DNA of 64,000 bases from Paraspadella gotoi (lineage: Eukaryota; Animalia; Chaetognatha). Both the position numbers and the translations under genes were made by a program. The notes beneath the pieces were generated by a model. The model was not told where the DNA came from. It saw nothing but the letters and a program-made list of their open reading frames with translations, and ran no database searches. The stretch covers positions 8,678,764-8,742,763 of the forward strand of contig CM119264.1 in the NCBI GenBank assembly GCA_051294375.1. The letters run 5' to 3'. Positions 1-15,552 of this stretch are shown one piece after another; within the stretch, counting starts at the first letter, position 1; each line of letters starts with the position of its first letter.

Positions 1-2465
1 GAATTTATCAGTTTTTTTATATTCTTATTTAGAAAACGTAAAAGTTTTTAATTTATAATTGTAATGTGTATTTATATTTCTCATTTAACTTTTTATCTCG
101 ATCAGAATCCTTCAAAAAACTTTAAGATTTAAAAAAATAATTTTTTTCTCTGTATAGTAATATCAATTTTTATTAGGCTAGTACCTTAATAAAAAAGCAT
201 TTTTGACAAAAAAATATTTAATACCATAATCTATGCTCATGATAGAGTTATTTTAACGCGTATTCATCGGCTATGAGTCAATCTATACTGAGAAAAACGA
301 GTAAAAATTCCGATTAACAGAACCCAGCTCTTAAATATCTAAATTTTAAAAAAAATGTCCGACTTTGAAGTGGCTTCCCTGTTTTGCGCTTCATTCAACC
401 ATTTTTGACCATTTGCCATTTGATTGAATGCCTTTTTTTTTTAAATAAAAAAAGACACCGATACGAAACAGATTGTGCACTCTAACATCAATAAAAGATT
501 CTTTAACAAAAGACACATTGTGTTATACTCAATTTACGTCTACTCTAACACGCTTTTGCAAAAATAAAAAAAACTCTTATCGTTAAGTGGCAAAGATTAA
601 GCTTCCAATTTGGTCCTCGTTAAATAAAATTAACATTTGAATTCTGAATGTCTTTTCTGCGTCAAAACGTTTTAGCTTATGAGCTAACTAAAAAATTTAG
701 AAATGACTGTTTATGACTTTTTTTATTTAGATATACGTCAAATGAAATAATATTATTAAGGTGAACTTGCCTCGCTTTTTAACTTAATAGCTTGTAAATT
801 AGTTTTTGACTGTTTTGGTACAATATATGTTACTAAATACTTTGTTAATTTTTACATTTGGGTTTTTCTTTTTTATTTAAATAGAAGGTTCTATTAAACC
901 GTAAACCTCACATATAATTTGTTAAATACAATATTAAAGAATACCTCTATATAATGCACATAATACTTTTTAGTAGATTTCGTTAAAAAATGTTTTAAGA
1001 ATCTTCTCAATAATATGATAACAAAAGTGTCTGTAATTATGTAGTGTCAATTACTATACCTTGCTTTATGACTACTGCTTATGTTATCAGTCTCAGCGTC
1101 ATAACCCTTCCATCGCGTTGACACGTTCGTCATCCTTCTCTCTGTCCAACTTGTTTTTGCTCACCAAATTTCTACCAGGTATACTATGAATCCTTGTACT
1201 GCCCTTTGTTTTCAACGCAGTTCCTCCGTCTATTTGTGTTTTTTGCGCTGTCTCTTCTCTTTCCTCCCTTCCGTGTGTGAAGTTTTAATTAACGTTTCTT
1301 CGTGACTCAGATAACCCGGCGAGATATCCCTGCTGCCGCCCAGCTGATCTCTCACTTCGCATGCAAAAAAAAAAACTAAAAAGAAAAAAGAGAAGAAAAA
1401 AAACCCCAAAAAATCCTTTTTTAAATCGAATTTCTCTAATTCTCTTATGCCCCAAAACATTTCAGACTTTCTTTTTTGTCAGGATGATTAAGGTTTCCTT
1501 GATAGTTATTTTCTTTATATTTATATTCTGGAGGCCTTAAACTTTGAAAAATATTGCTTCTAAAAACAAACGCCAAATTTGTATATATTCAATTATATAG
1601 AACAATGATTGAGTAGAAATCTACACAGTGAACTTAAGTTGGATGTTTTATTAGACGAACATATCAGATGTTTGTAAAGCTTTGAACTATTTTCGTAAAA
1701 AACATTTAAAGTCATGAGCTAGATAACAAACTAAAAAAAAAAATCGAGAATCAGCATCGAAATGACAATTAAGGTTACACATGCTATACAAATAAATATT
1801 GGTTTTTACTTTTTTTTTCGATCGAGAACAGAATTCATTGTTGTCATTTAGTTTTTTTATGCCGTTCATTAAAAACATAGATAGTATATTTTCCCTTTTT
1901 TATTATAAATTAATACTTTTTTCTTTAAGAATAAAAAATAATTTTCAACTGACAATCATTAATTACCCATTTTAACTTTAATTTAAATGTTTTTTTGCTG
2001 TATTAGTTTTCCCTGACCGAGTCTCCCGTTTTCTCTTCGTTACGACTGTCAGTAAAATCCCGGCCCATCTAAACTCGTTGTTCAGCGCTTTTAGAATGAG
2101 GATTCCTGGACCGCGCCAATCTCTTTACGCGAATTTTCCGAAATAATGCGCGCGGATCTTCCGAGTTCCAGCGGCAGAATGTTTGGCGCCTATGATGCAT
2201 CGCTAACGATAGTCACCCATTTTTGGTCACGGCCCGAATTTGTCCCAGGCCGCCGCCGAACACCTGAAAACGAATGTACAGTTGTAGTATATTTGTAGTT
2301 TTGGAAATAATACTGACTCCCGAATATAGCGCATAATGGTTCGGTATTTTTTGCTATTGTTGTTAAAATAGTTTCTAAAGAAACAGAGCGGAAGGTGAAA
2401 AATAACTTGAGATGATTATCAGGATTCGACGACCACGATGATGTGACCCGATGAATAATCTGAAA
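1..2465 (+). repeat. Direct duplicate (insertion-rich copy) of 7913-10210
   Basis: Both copies start gaatttatcagttttttatattcttatttagaaaacg and are colinear up to the gatgattatcaggatt..gacgatgaataa stretch. This copy carries many 1-few-nt insertions, especially at 1020-1230 and 2000-2270. Confidence 0.9.
2049..2263 (-). pseudogene. Frameshifted copy of the RhoGAP terminal exon (probably an assembly duplicate)
   Basis: Colinear with 9814-10008 (same ttttcag|GTGTTC acceptor and TAC TGA end) but about 20 nt longer because of scattered insertions. Confidence 0.75.
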
Positions 2466-2480
2466 TGACTCTCTTCCTCT

Positions 2481-2517
<37 letters not shown>

Positions 2518-4114
2518 TCTGATGAGGTAAAACTTTAAGATTAACTTATATAACAAAACTTATGACTATCCTGACGTCTTCTCGCATGAGTCGCAAACGG
2601 TTTAAAAATCAAAATAAAAACGGAAANNNNNNNNNNNNNNNNNNNNNNNNNNNNNNNNNNNNNNNNNNNNNNNNNNNNNNNNNNNNNNNNNNNNNNNNNN
2701 NNNNNNNNNNNNNNNNNNNNNNNNNNNNNNNNNNNNNNNNNNNNNNNNNNNNNNNNNNNNNNNNNNNNNNNNNNNNNNNNNNNNNNNNNNNNNNNNNNNN
2801 NNNNNNNNNNNNNNNNNNNNNNNNNNNNNNNNNNNNNNNNNNNNNNNNNNNNNNNNNNNNNNNNNNNNNNNNNNNNNNNNNNNNNNNNNNNNNNNNNNNN
2901 NNNNNNNNNNNTTTTTCGTTTTTGTTAAAATTTTTCCCTCTCGGAATTAGTGTTTTGACGTCATTTTTCGTCCAACGCAATTTTCGCACGAAAAGGAAGA
3001 CAAATGAGGAGATTAGAAGGGGAAAGAAAAAAGGGGGCAATAAAAATGGGGGAAAAAAGGAAATAAAATGAATAAAAAATGGGAAAAAGAAAGGGAAAAA
3101 ACAATAAAACAAAAAGAAAACAATGAAAGAAAAGTAGATACGAAAACTAAAAACAAATAAATAATTGTCGCTTTATCTTAGATGACTACAATTAAATCAA
3201 CGGAATTGGTAAAATAACCTTACTGTCTATCCTTATTGTCTATTTAAACTGACAGTTAAAATAAAATAGTATTTATATCAACAGACGAGGTTTATTAATA
3301 ACAATTTTAATAATGAAAATATTAAATGAAAAAGAGATGGTGAAAATTCCGGTAAACGTGTCGGTGCGTTAAGTCGGTCGAGACTCAAGCACGGAGCAGT
3401 CAACGCGTTACGCGTTCTCGGCGCGAGCGCGGAGAGANNNNNNNNNNCGAGTTGGTTTCAGCAGCGGAACTGATTCATCATCGAAGCCAGAATAAGATTA
3501 GACGCCAACTTTGTTTGCCTTTGTTGGCTTTTGATTGGCTTAAAATCACTTTTGATTGGCCTTTGTTGGCATTTTATTACCTTAGGATCACTATTGATTG
3601 GCCTTAGTTGACTTTTGATTTGATAAAGTTCAGTTTTGAATCTTTTGATCTTTTTTTGATTTTTGATTTTTGATTTTTTTAGGTTTTCTTGGCTTTTGTA
3701 TATTTTTGCTTACCAAATTTTTGTCAACCATGAAGGCAATTTAAGTTTTATAACCGGGTTAAATTATTATTTTTCAAAACATTTGCCTTGAAATTCTTTT
3801 TTATTGGCATTAGACGCTTTAGTTGCTTTTCATTTTATTGTTTGTACGTAGTTGAAAAAAAAACAACTATGGTTTCGTTTTATGATTGATTGATCTCTCA
3901 AAAGGTTGTCTCTCTCATTTGTTGAAAACACATTTTTCTGGTGTCCACGATAAGCGGAAAAATGGTTCGCTTGTCCTTCTATCGGTTTCCCCTTTTTTTT
4001 CTTTTTGTCGGTGAAGCATTAAAAATCATGTTTGTGTCCGTCAATCCCTCCATCCGTTCACACTTGTGTTCAAAAGCTTTTATAGTGTTATGAAAAGAGC
4101 GAAAGAGCATCAGC

Positions 4115-4202
<88 letters not shown>
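4115..4202. repeat. (AAT)n microsatellite
   Basis: Perfect trinucleotide run; source of the poly-Ile ORF 3979-4254. Confidence 0.95.
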
Positions 4203-4203
<1 letters not shown>

Positions 4204-4722
4204 GCTCAAAATGGATTCTTTAAAGTTTAAACATTTACATATGTAAAAATGCACATAAATGACGTTTGAAGTAAGTTTTTAATGGATCTTAATGGAAATT
4301 TTAAAAAACTCCTTACTTTTGTTCTCGACGTAAAAAATTGTCAAATAGTACAAAAAAAGGGAGTTAAAAGTCATTTCAACGTTTCATAAAATCGAAAAAA
4401 AAAAGAAATGAATGAGAGAATGTCATGTAGAGAAATGAAAGACAAATGAGCATAATGAAGTTTAAAAAAAAAGAAAGGAAATTAAATTCCGATTCGCGGG
4501 CAAAAGGACAAAAGGAAAAAGTCTGCACTTTCGACTTCCACTTTCAAACTCGAATCGGATTTCGATGAATGAGTCTCCCGCTTTAGTTTCGCCTAGGAAA
4601 AGGGAAAACGGGAGAAAAAAGGGAGAAAAAGGGAGAAAAAGGGAGAAAAAAAGGAGGAAAAATGGACGGAAAAAGGGATTATTAGGAAAAATTAAAAAAA
4701 CAAAAAAGTATACTAAACTTAT

Positions 4723-4945
4723 GAAATTGGTACAACCAATATAAAAATTATCCATTCATTTAATACATAAGCTATCTTGCCCCTAACTTTGAACGGGCTT
4801 TGGTGGTTTAAGGCCCCCATCACTCGTAGCAAGTCCCTGCATGCTTTCAATCTAGACTTTCTCAGTCTCTTTTATTCACTCGCAGAGTACCTGGCTTCCA
4901 TATCATTGAAGTGGAATAATGTTTCAAAGAATGTTTCAATTGTAT
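4723..4945 (+). mobile_element. Short interspersed repeat family, copy 1 (non-autonomous, unclassified)
   Basis: Shares gaaattggtacaaccaatataaaaattatccattcatt...actttggac...aggcctccatcactc...gagtacctggcttc...tttcaaagaatgttt with 5029-5128, 17417-17650 (reverse) and 63609-63763. Confidence 0.7.
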
Positions 4946-5028
4946 GAAAAGACCATTCCCTTAAGTATTAGATCGGGGAATACTATATTGTTCCCCGCCC
5001 AGCATCAAAATACAAGGAGCCGAATTTT

Positions 5029-5128
5029 ATGAAATCGGTCCAACCAATATAAAAATTATCCATTCATTAGCTATCTTGCCACTGACTTTGGACAGGCTTT
5101 GGCGGTTTAAGGCCTCCATCACTCTTAT
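5029..5128 (+). mobile_element. Short interspersed repeat family, copy 2 (partial)
   Basis: Matches the 5' half of 4723-4945. Confidence 0.7.
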
Positions 5129-6450
5129 ATGAGGTAAAATTGAGGCGAAGAAAAAAAAAGTAAGGTAGGAAAAGGAAAAGAAAAGAGTAAAAGAAACAGA
5201 AAACAAATGAAAAAAAAAGAAAAAAAATAAGTTAAAAGGAATAAATTCGAGACAAGAAAAGTAAAGGAAAAGAGAAAATCCGCTTAACAGTCGAGAATTT
5301 TGTTTGGCTGACGAACCGCGCTGCAGCTGCTGCCGCGGTCGCATATCTGATTTTGATGCTTTAACTCTGGTACTAATTTTTTTTGGTTCTTACTCTTGTA
5401 CTGACTGAATCGGTTCCACCTGAATTACTGAATTTTGTTTTGCTTATTCTTCTCTAATAGTATGTATTCATACTTTTTATACTAATCATACTTTGTTGTC
5501 TTAATCTAGAATTAGTCTTCTATTATATTATTTCTAGCCAGAATGTTTGTTTCCTTGTGTCACTCTTCTCCTACTCAATTCTTGATTTTTCCTCCCTCTG
5601 GGTCCACGGTCTGAAAGGCTTAAATGGCCGATTCCAATTGATAAAAAACGAGATAAAGTAAAGATTGAAAAGTCTCTTCTTACGGGACGCGAATGAATCT
5701 TTAGTTCTATTTTAACGTCGACCTTGTTTTTGTACCGATTTCTTTAGACTTACTAGTTTTTCTTGAGAGAGAGAGAGAGAGAATTTTTAAAAATCTAAAT
5801 TAAATTTCGAAATTAGTTTTTCACAAAACATAAATTTTCTTTTTTTTTGGCAATTTTACTGCTAGGATGTAAATTAACCATGACCTTCCGAGTAATATTT
5901 TTACTTCTAAATATACGTACATTGTTATTCATCGGATACACTTTATCCTCGAATCCTGGGCAACAGTTGGCACGAATAGATCGAAAAATTGAACGAGTCG
6001 CTCGTCACGGAAAATTCCTCGATGGCAAGCGAGACTTCGAGAGATTCAGGGTGGCATCATCCTCGCTTCCATTGCAAAGGTCAATTTCATTTCAATGATG
6101 AATGATGAATTGATAAGCAGCCTGAATTGCTGAAAAATGGACTTTTGCAACAGTTAGTCAGATGAAACATTTAAGAAATTCGACTCCTTTGATATCAAGC
6201 TGATATAAACAGCAAATGTATAAATGATTAACTTTTGGTCGGTACATAAAAGATTTTATATTTGCATTAAAAAATATTTAACAAAAATCTAAAAATGCGA
6301 AAACGATAAGTTTGAGAGACACTTCAAAAATACCAATTTTCCATCACCCCATAAATTTTTTCAATGTTCCCGGTGACAGAGTCCTCAATAGGTTTTTATC
6401 GTATTTTAAATGTTTTGATTCGAATCATTTTTTCCGGTCTTTGGGTCGAT

Positions 6451-6509
6451 TCAAAAAAATCTTCTTCTCGTGAAAATGTTTCTTCGACGAAGGACTTTCT
6501 TATCGGGTT
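6451..6509 (-). CDS. Candidate exon 2 of small secreted peptide (EPDKKVLRRRNIFTRRRFF*)
   Basis: Acceptor atatttcag|AAC at 6510/6509; phase 1 matches the 6714 donor; TGA at 6453-6451. Other acceptors are possible. Confidence 0.35.
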
Positions 6510-6713
6510 CTGAAATATATATATTAATTGATTTAGTTTGTTGTAAGGACATCGCATGTACAGGTTCTCTTCGAAGCCAGCATTGAACGAAATCATTAAT
6601 GATAAAATTTATTTGTCAATTTAATAACAAAATTAGGAAAAAAGTGACTATAGTATAAGTGCGTAAGTTTAACAGATCCGACTAAAAATAAAAAGAAAAA
6701 CAGAACAACTCAC

Positions 6714-6855
6714 CAATATTTACGGATTTCAGGAGACGTCTTAGCTTTTCCACGACAGTTGCTTGATCCTCAGTTGCGGGTTGTTTTCCACCGCAAGTGA
6801 AAGCGATCATGATGAGGACGATCGCTAAAATGGCAACTTTCTTGGAAGAAATCAT
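6714..6855 (-). CDS. First coding exon of a secreted protein (MISSKKVAILAIVLIMIAFTCGGKQPATEDQATVVEKLRRLLKSVNI)
   Basis: Start context cacaaaATG, n/h/c signal-peptide layout (KK, 14-residue hydrophobic core, TCG), and a consensus donor G|GTGAGT at 6714/6713. Confidence 0.65.
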
Positions 6856-6949
6856 TTTGTGTATTTTCTCGTCCGAGTGTGTTTTCTAGATAAGAATTGT
6901 AGCTAAAAAGTGAGAGCATCGAAAGTCGGAGATCAGGAGGGTACCAGAA

Positions 6950-7700
6950 CAGGTATATCCACGAAACGCGGTTTCAATCAGTTAAAAAGCAGGTTTAAAA
7001 GGAACCCCGCCAAAAGACGCCAGCGCTGTTCTTGAACTTGGGCAAAAATCTTGTAACGGCGACAGAAAAATTGGCTCGCAACCTTGAACGGGACGGCAAA
7101 ATCGCTCCACGACCCCAGCAGCAAACGTAAAAGCTCAAAGCTCACAAGGAAGCCAAAAATTATCCTGCGCGAGTTATCATCTCCCATGTTGGTGCACCAC
7201 AGGAGAGACTGGCGGCATTTCTGAATGCTCTCCTACAAAAATGATAAATAATTCAATAGAATCCATTGAACGGATTCGTAATGATGATGACCAAATGGGC
7301 AGTGTTGACGCTGAGGCTCACTTTCCCTCAGTATCTAAAAAACGTACCCTCTTTACACCTGAAAACATCTGTGACATAATTTTGCTCTGTGTTAAAAAAA
7401 AAAAGATTTTGTCTTAAATAACCGTCACTACACGGCTCGAGAGGGTGGCCCAATAGGCCTCTCACTCATGGTCACGCTCTCACAACTCTAGATGGAGTCT
7501 ACAATTATAGAGGCCGTTGATAGGATGAAAAACAAAGGGGTTGAGCCACCCAAGCACCTTATTGTATGTATACATGGATGACACCTTTGGGGTCATGAAA
7601 GGGCGCCGCCCTCGCCGACGTAGGCGTGAATCCTCTTATCAAGATCCGTGGGAGATCTTCAGTGAGACTCTCAATGAAATACACCCAGTAATGATGGATC
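6950..7700 (+). mobile_element. Penelope-like element reverse transcriptase fragment (degenerate)
   Basis: Ordered PLE RT motifs across frameshifts: LKAHKEAKNYPARVIISHVGAPQERLAAFL (~PKIHK..PLRPIVS..GSP...LAK), SVDAEAHFPSV (~SFDV.SLFT.VP), YTAREGGPIGLSL...L*ME (~QG.AMGSPLS...YME), YMDDTFGV, FSETLNEIHP. Confidence 0.8.
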
Positions 7701-7912
7701 GCTATCCACCTCAGTCTACAGAAAAGAAACAAACACAAACATCATTCTTAAACCATTCTTGCCCCCCCCCAAATTACATGAGGCCACCATTAAGGGAGAA
7801 TTATATGTCGATCCTCCCGAATCTGCTCATCTCGTGAGCAAGTGGCAATATTTTTTAAAAGTGAGTCAAAAATGTGAAAAACTGTAAAAAAAAGTTATCA
7901 TCATCTTTCGAT

Positions 7913-10210
<2,298 letters not shown>

Positions 10211-10292
10211 CTATGACGATTCTTCTGCTCGTATTTTTCTTATTTTTTGTAAATTAATTAATTAATTAATTAATTAACAAATGACAACTGAC

Positions 10293-10406
10293 CTGAAGGA
10301 AACGGATGAGATAACTAAGAACGAGACATTGGAGCTCCGGAAGCTTCTTCATGATCTCTAAGGACTTCTCGGAATCCTCCGCGTGCACGACGCACTCGTG
10401 ATAGAA
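10293..10406 (-). CDS. ARHGAP39: ARHGAP39/Vilse-like RhoGAP, internal exon
   Basis: tttag|TTC ... CAG|gtcagt, 114 nt, phase 0/0: FYHECVVHAEDSEKSLEIMKKLPELQCLVLSYLIRFLQ. Confidence 0.9.
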
Positions 10407-10738
10407 CTAAAATCGAATTATTTTTTAGAAAAATTTAATACAAAAATATAGAATTGTGAAATAAATTCAAGAATTAATACACTTATTTGAATGAACGTAT
10501 GAACGATTAAGGAATGAATGAATCAATGAAAGAATAAATAAATGAATGAATGAATAAATTGAATAATTGAGTTTATCGAAAGATACTAAAAGTGATGTAT
10601 GCAAAAGCGAATGAATTTATGAGTGTGCAATTGTAAGACCAACAGTCTGTTTCTCTGTCTCTAATTAATTTTAATGAGGCAGCGGTGAAGAGAACGAGTC
10701 AATGAAAAGCTTGGTGAAGGAGTAAACCCGTGACCAAC

Positions 10739-10889
10739 CTGGGGCGGAATAAGCGGCTCCTGCAGCTCTCTATACCAAAGCTTTAGCAGCGAGGCTGGAA
10801 CGTGAGCGTCCCCGCAGACCCCGACGGGACTCTGCCACTGCTCCAGCATCGACTTGAGAATGTTCACGTCTTCGATGTCTCCTGGAATC
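10739..10889 (-). CDS. ARHGAP39: ARHGAP39/Vilse-like RhoGAP, internal exon
   Basis: ccccag|G ... CAG|gttggt, 151 nt: (R)IPGDIEDVNILKSMLEQWQSPVGVCGDAHVPASLLKLWYRELQEPLIPPQ; contains the conserved LLKLWYREL.EPLIP motif. Confidence 0.93.
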
Positions 10890-11067
10890 CTGGGGAGGTA
10901 GGAAAAAAAAATTTAATTTTAAATAATGATTCCAGATTCCTTGTATGTAACTACATCGAAGTCGAAATTATAACATATATTCCACATTTCAATCGATCAA
11001 CCAGGTATGGGCCTTCACTAGGAGTTCAGATGGAGCTTGACCGATTGCCTTTTTCTCCATTTTGTTT

Positions 11068-11202
<135 letters not shown>

Positions 11203-11846
11203 ATCCCTATTTCTTTCTTTCTATCCTTATTTCTCTCTTTCTTTCTATTCCTATTTCTTTCTCCTTCTTTTTCCTCGGTTCTTGAATCGAAGCTGAGGTT
11301 GTTTAATGATTCGGAGATTTAAACACTTCATTAGTTTCCGGCTGAGAAATTTCTCCTAATTTTTTTCCTTCACCTCTCCTCATTGAGTGCTTCGTTAACA
11401 TTAAGTTTTAATCTTTTTCGGCTTTTAACATAAAGTTTATTCTAATAAACAGTTAATCTTTTAGTCTCACATTTAAAAAAAACTTTGGGAATTAATGCTC
11501 ATAGATAATATATAATAAGTTGCTAAACTAAATGAGTAAATGTAAGATAATTACAAGGTTATCATTAAAACAATAGTCACATAAAGGTAATCTTTTTACC
11601 GGAACACACGATCCCACGGATTTGTCGGGATTTTCCTTTGATCCGTCGGGGAAAAAATTTCATTTGATATATTTTTTTTTCTAAGCAGCAAATGTGTCTC
11701 CAGAGGAAAGGTTTATCTAACTCTTTTCGTTCCGGCGCAAAGTTTGAAACTGGTTAATTTTTTTTTCAGAGCGGGACGGCCCGAATTTAATTTACCGGAA
11801 AAATGAACATTTTTTTTTAATTTTTAGATAAAATAGGTCTTAACTA

Positions 11847-12208
<362 letters not shown>

Positions 12209-12417
12209 CCTATCAATCACTTGATCAACTAATACAAAAATCAATCATTCTAATTATCAATTAAGAAAGAAATTAATAAATAAATCGCTCCATCAATCAA
12301 TTAATCAGTCTTTCAATCAAACTGTCAACCAAAACATTATTAAAACAATGATTGTCTTGAATCACTGCTAATATTTTTTTTTAAATGATTTCTAACGAAA
12401 CTATCATGAAATCATAC

Positions 12418-12605
12418 ATTTCACTGCACAGCATCAGCAGCAAGCAGCAGAGACGCCCGTATTCTTCATTTTCTTTCTCTTCAACGTCTTCTTGAGTGAC
12501 ACCTTCCTCGTCGCCATCATCTTCTCATCGAAGCGAGACGTGTAATTCGCATTAATGCAAATGAGATTAACGCGAGTCGAAGTGATTCCCTTTCTCGAAA
12601 CCCAT
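12418..12605 (-). CDS. Candidate first exon of the RhoGAP gene (needs indel correction)
   Basis: ATG GGT TTC GAG AAA (MGFEKGNHF..) then acidic EDDGDEEGVTQEDVEE..NTGVSAA.., ending at donor aat|gtatga. The frame is broken here and in the copy at 21825-22005, at different places. Confidence 0.35.
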
Positions 12606-12618
12606 CTCGACTTTTTCG

Positions 12619-12675
<57 letters not shown>

Positions 12676-12682
12676 ATCTCTC

Positions 12683-12726
<44 letters not shown>

Positions 12727-15552
12727 CAACGCAATCTCCACCCACGACTGGGACGTTTTTCTCGACTCCTTTTCATAATTTTCTTTCTCTCTTCTGCGTT
12801 ATTGCCGTCGTATTCTCTGCTTCTATGAAACGTCTAATTGTCTCCACTATCTTCCGCTTTATTCTTTTTTTTTTTGTTCGCGGACGTTTCTTCTTGTTAG
12901 ACTGTTACTCTCGTTTATTCTTCTCTGTACCTCTCTTTTCCTCTTCTCTCTGACTTGACCTTTCCAGTGCTATCCTCTCTCTCTCTCGTCTCTCTGGCGT
13001 CTCCTCCTCCTGGTTCTCTCTCTCTGTCTCTCTGCTTTCAACACTCTTGTCTCTCTCTACCGTGCGGATCAAAGAGCTATCCTCCTTTAATAGATTCCTA
13101 TCCTCTGCCTCGTCTCTCATGCTCTTCCTCCTTGCTGCTCTCTCTCATCTTTTAGAACACTTTTCACATCATCTAACTCCTTACTTTATTTTTCCTTTGT
13201 TTCTAAATTATAGATTTAATATTTTTTCGTTTTATATTTCTACTTCCGGATTCCATTTTCTTTTCTTTGTTCATTCCCTCCTCCATAGCGTCCCTTCCTC
13301 CTCATGTCTTTCTATATAACTTTTATATAGTACGTATTTATGAATAGTGACCAAGTTTTTTTTTCGGAAACATTATTTAAATGTAACGATGTGACGAGAT
13401 TTCTCCTATAAAGTACTTTCTCATTAAAAAACCAAAAATTTATTAAGATCATTAACTTTCATCCCATCTTTCCCTCTTTTTAACAATCTCTTTTTTCACT
13501 TTTCCTCTTGCTTATGTACATGGACATGTCCTTTATCGTCTTCCATTATCCAACCACCCAGCCGTCTCTCCTTTCTCTCATCCAATTCCTCCTTTAAATG
13601 TTCACACTTAATCAAGATCATTTTATCATCTCTTTTCCCCTTCCATGTTTTTTTTCCTTACCCTTTCTTCTTCTCTCTTTCCCTCTTCTCTAATGATCTA
13701 GCTTCCCCTTTCTCTCTCTATCCCCTAACCAACTCATTCCCCTCACCCACTCTCTACTCAACCTTTTCCTCATTCCCCTTCCACCACCATCCACCACCCT
13801 ACCCACCTCTACTCTTTTCCCCTTTTTCTCTTCCCCACCCGATGATCGCTCCGTTGGTTCGGTCGAGATGATTTGATTCCCTGTATATTGGCGTTTTTGC
13901 CCCCAAGACGACTGTTCACAATCAACTCGTGTGTATCAAATGAAGAGAGGGACTCGTCGTCCTTTTCTTCTTCCTCCTCTTCTCCTCTTTTCTTGTCTTT
14001 TTCTTCTTCGTCGTCGTCGTAGTGGTCTTCATTGTGGTCGTCTTTTCATTATTGGACTTTTCTCTCTCATCTTTTTTTTTCTCTCAATATTCTTCTTCTT
14101 TCTTTTTTTCTCTTTTTCTTTAGTGACCTTTAATCTTTCTTTTCTTGATTCTCTCGCTTTTTTTATTTATTTTTTCGGATTTACTAAAAAAAAGTTTTTA
14201 TATCCTTCGAATCGTTTTGAGTTATATTTAGATAAGCATTGTGATGCCTGTTTTTTTTTCCTCATTATGATTTTCTTCGTCACAGTTGGATAAAAATTTT
14301 CTCGTGAAAGAAAAAGGCAAAGAAGAGAAGAAGCCTTTTCACTTTCCCTCGAAAATTGAACGCGGGGAAAAAAATGAAGGAAAGATATAAAATGAAAAGT
14401 TGAAAAGCGAAGATGAAATTCGCCAAAGATAAAAAAGAAAGAGTTTCATGGGAGAAAAATATGTGGTGCTGCTTGAGATTAATGTAACTAATGAAAAAGA
14501 ACATAAACAAGTGCACATACGGTAATAAATAGAGTTTAAAACTATTTTACTATTTTAATCTAAAAGTTATTCTCTATAACTCGTAAAGCGTTTGTTTTTA
14601 ACGTCAGAGTTGTATTTTTAAAATACCGCAATTTGAAAATTTATTGTAAGAATCATATTGCTTCTAGGGCAGTGAGGTCTCCTAATAGGTAAGTAATGAG
14701 CGAAACCTACCTACCTAGTTACTTACATAGGTAGTTTGTAATTTACGTTCTTGTTCCTAAAACGAATAGCGAAGGAACTCAGAAGCCATAGAAACTCCCT
14801 CCCAAAATAATATTAATCTATAGAATGTCACACAAAGCTCACGTGCAAATCGCATAAGAAAGAATCGCAAATCGCGTGTAAGTCGCGTGAATATCGCGCG
14901 AAAAACACGTGCATACGGGAGTAGTATTGGGGAAAGCGAAGGGGGGGGGGAAGAGGAAAGGATTACGGAACCTGTTGAGAAAAAGAAAACGAAAAAGTAT
15001 ATAAAACATTGATAAAGAAAGAAAGAGAGGGAANNNNNNNNNNNNNNNNNNNNNNNNNNNNNNNNNNNNNNNNNNNNNNNNNNNNNNNNNNNNNNNNNNN
15101 NNNNNNNNNNNNNNNNNNNNNNNNNNNNNNNNNNNNNNNNNNNNNNNNNNNNNNNNNNNNNNNNNNTCTTTTTTCATCTTCTTTCTTTCTTTCACTCTTT
15201 CTCCTTTCTTTTTTCTTTCTTTCTTTCTTTCTTTCTTTCTCTTTCTTTCGTTCTTTCTTTCTTTCTAATTCTCAAAAAAGAATAAAAATAATGTGCGATG
15301 ACGAAAGGGAATTTCGACAAATCGACGACGTCGCTTTTCCTTTCGCCCTTTTCTTCCGGTCCGGCAGATCCTACTACANNNNNNNNNNNNNNNNNNNNNN
15401 NNNNNNNNNNNNNNNNNNNNNNNNNNNNNNNNNNNNNNNNNNNNNNNNNNNNNNNNNNNNNNNNNNNNNNNNNNNNNNNNNNNNNNNNNNNNNNNNNNNN
15501 NNNNNNNNNNNNNNNNNNNNNNNNNNNNNNNNNNNNNNNNTTTATCGGCGCG

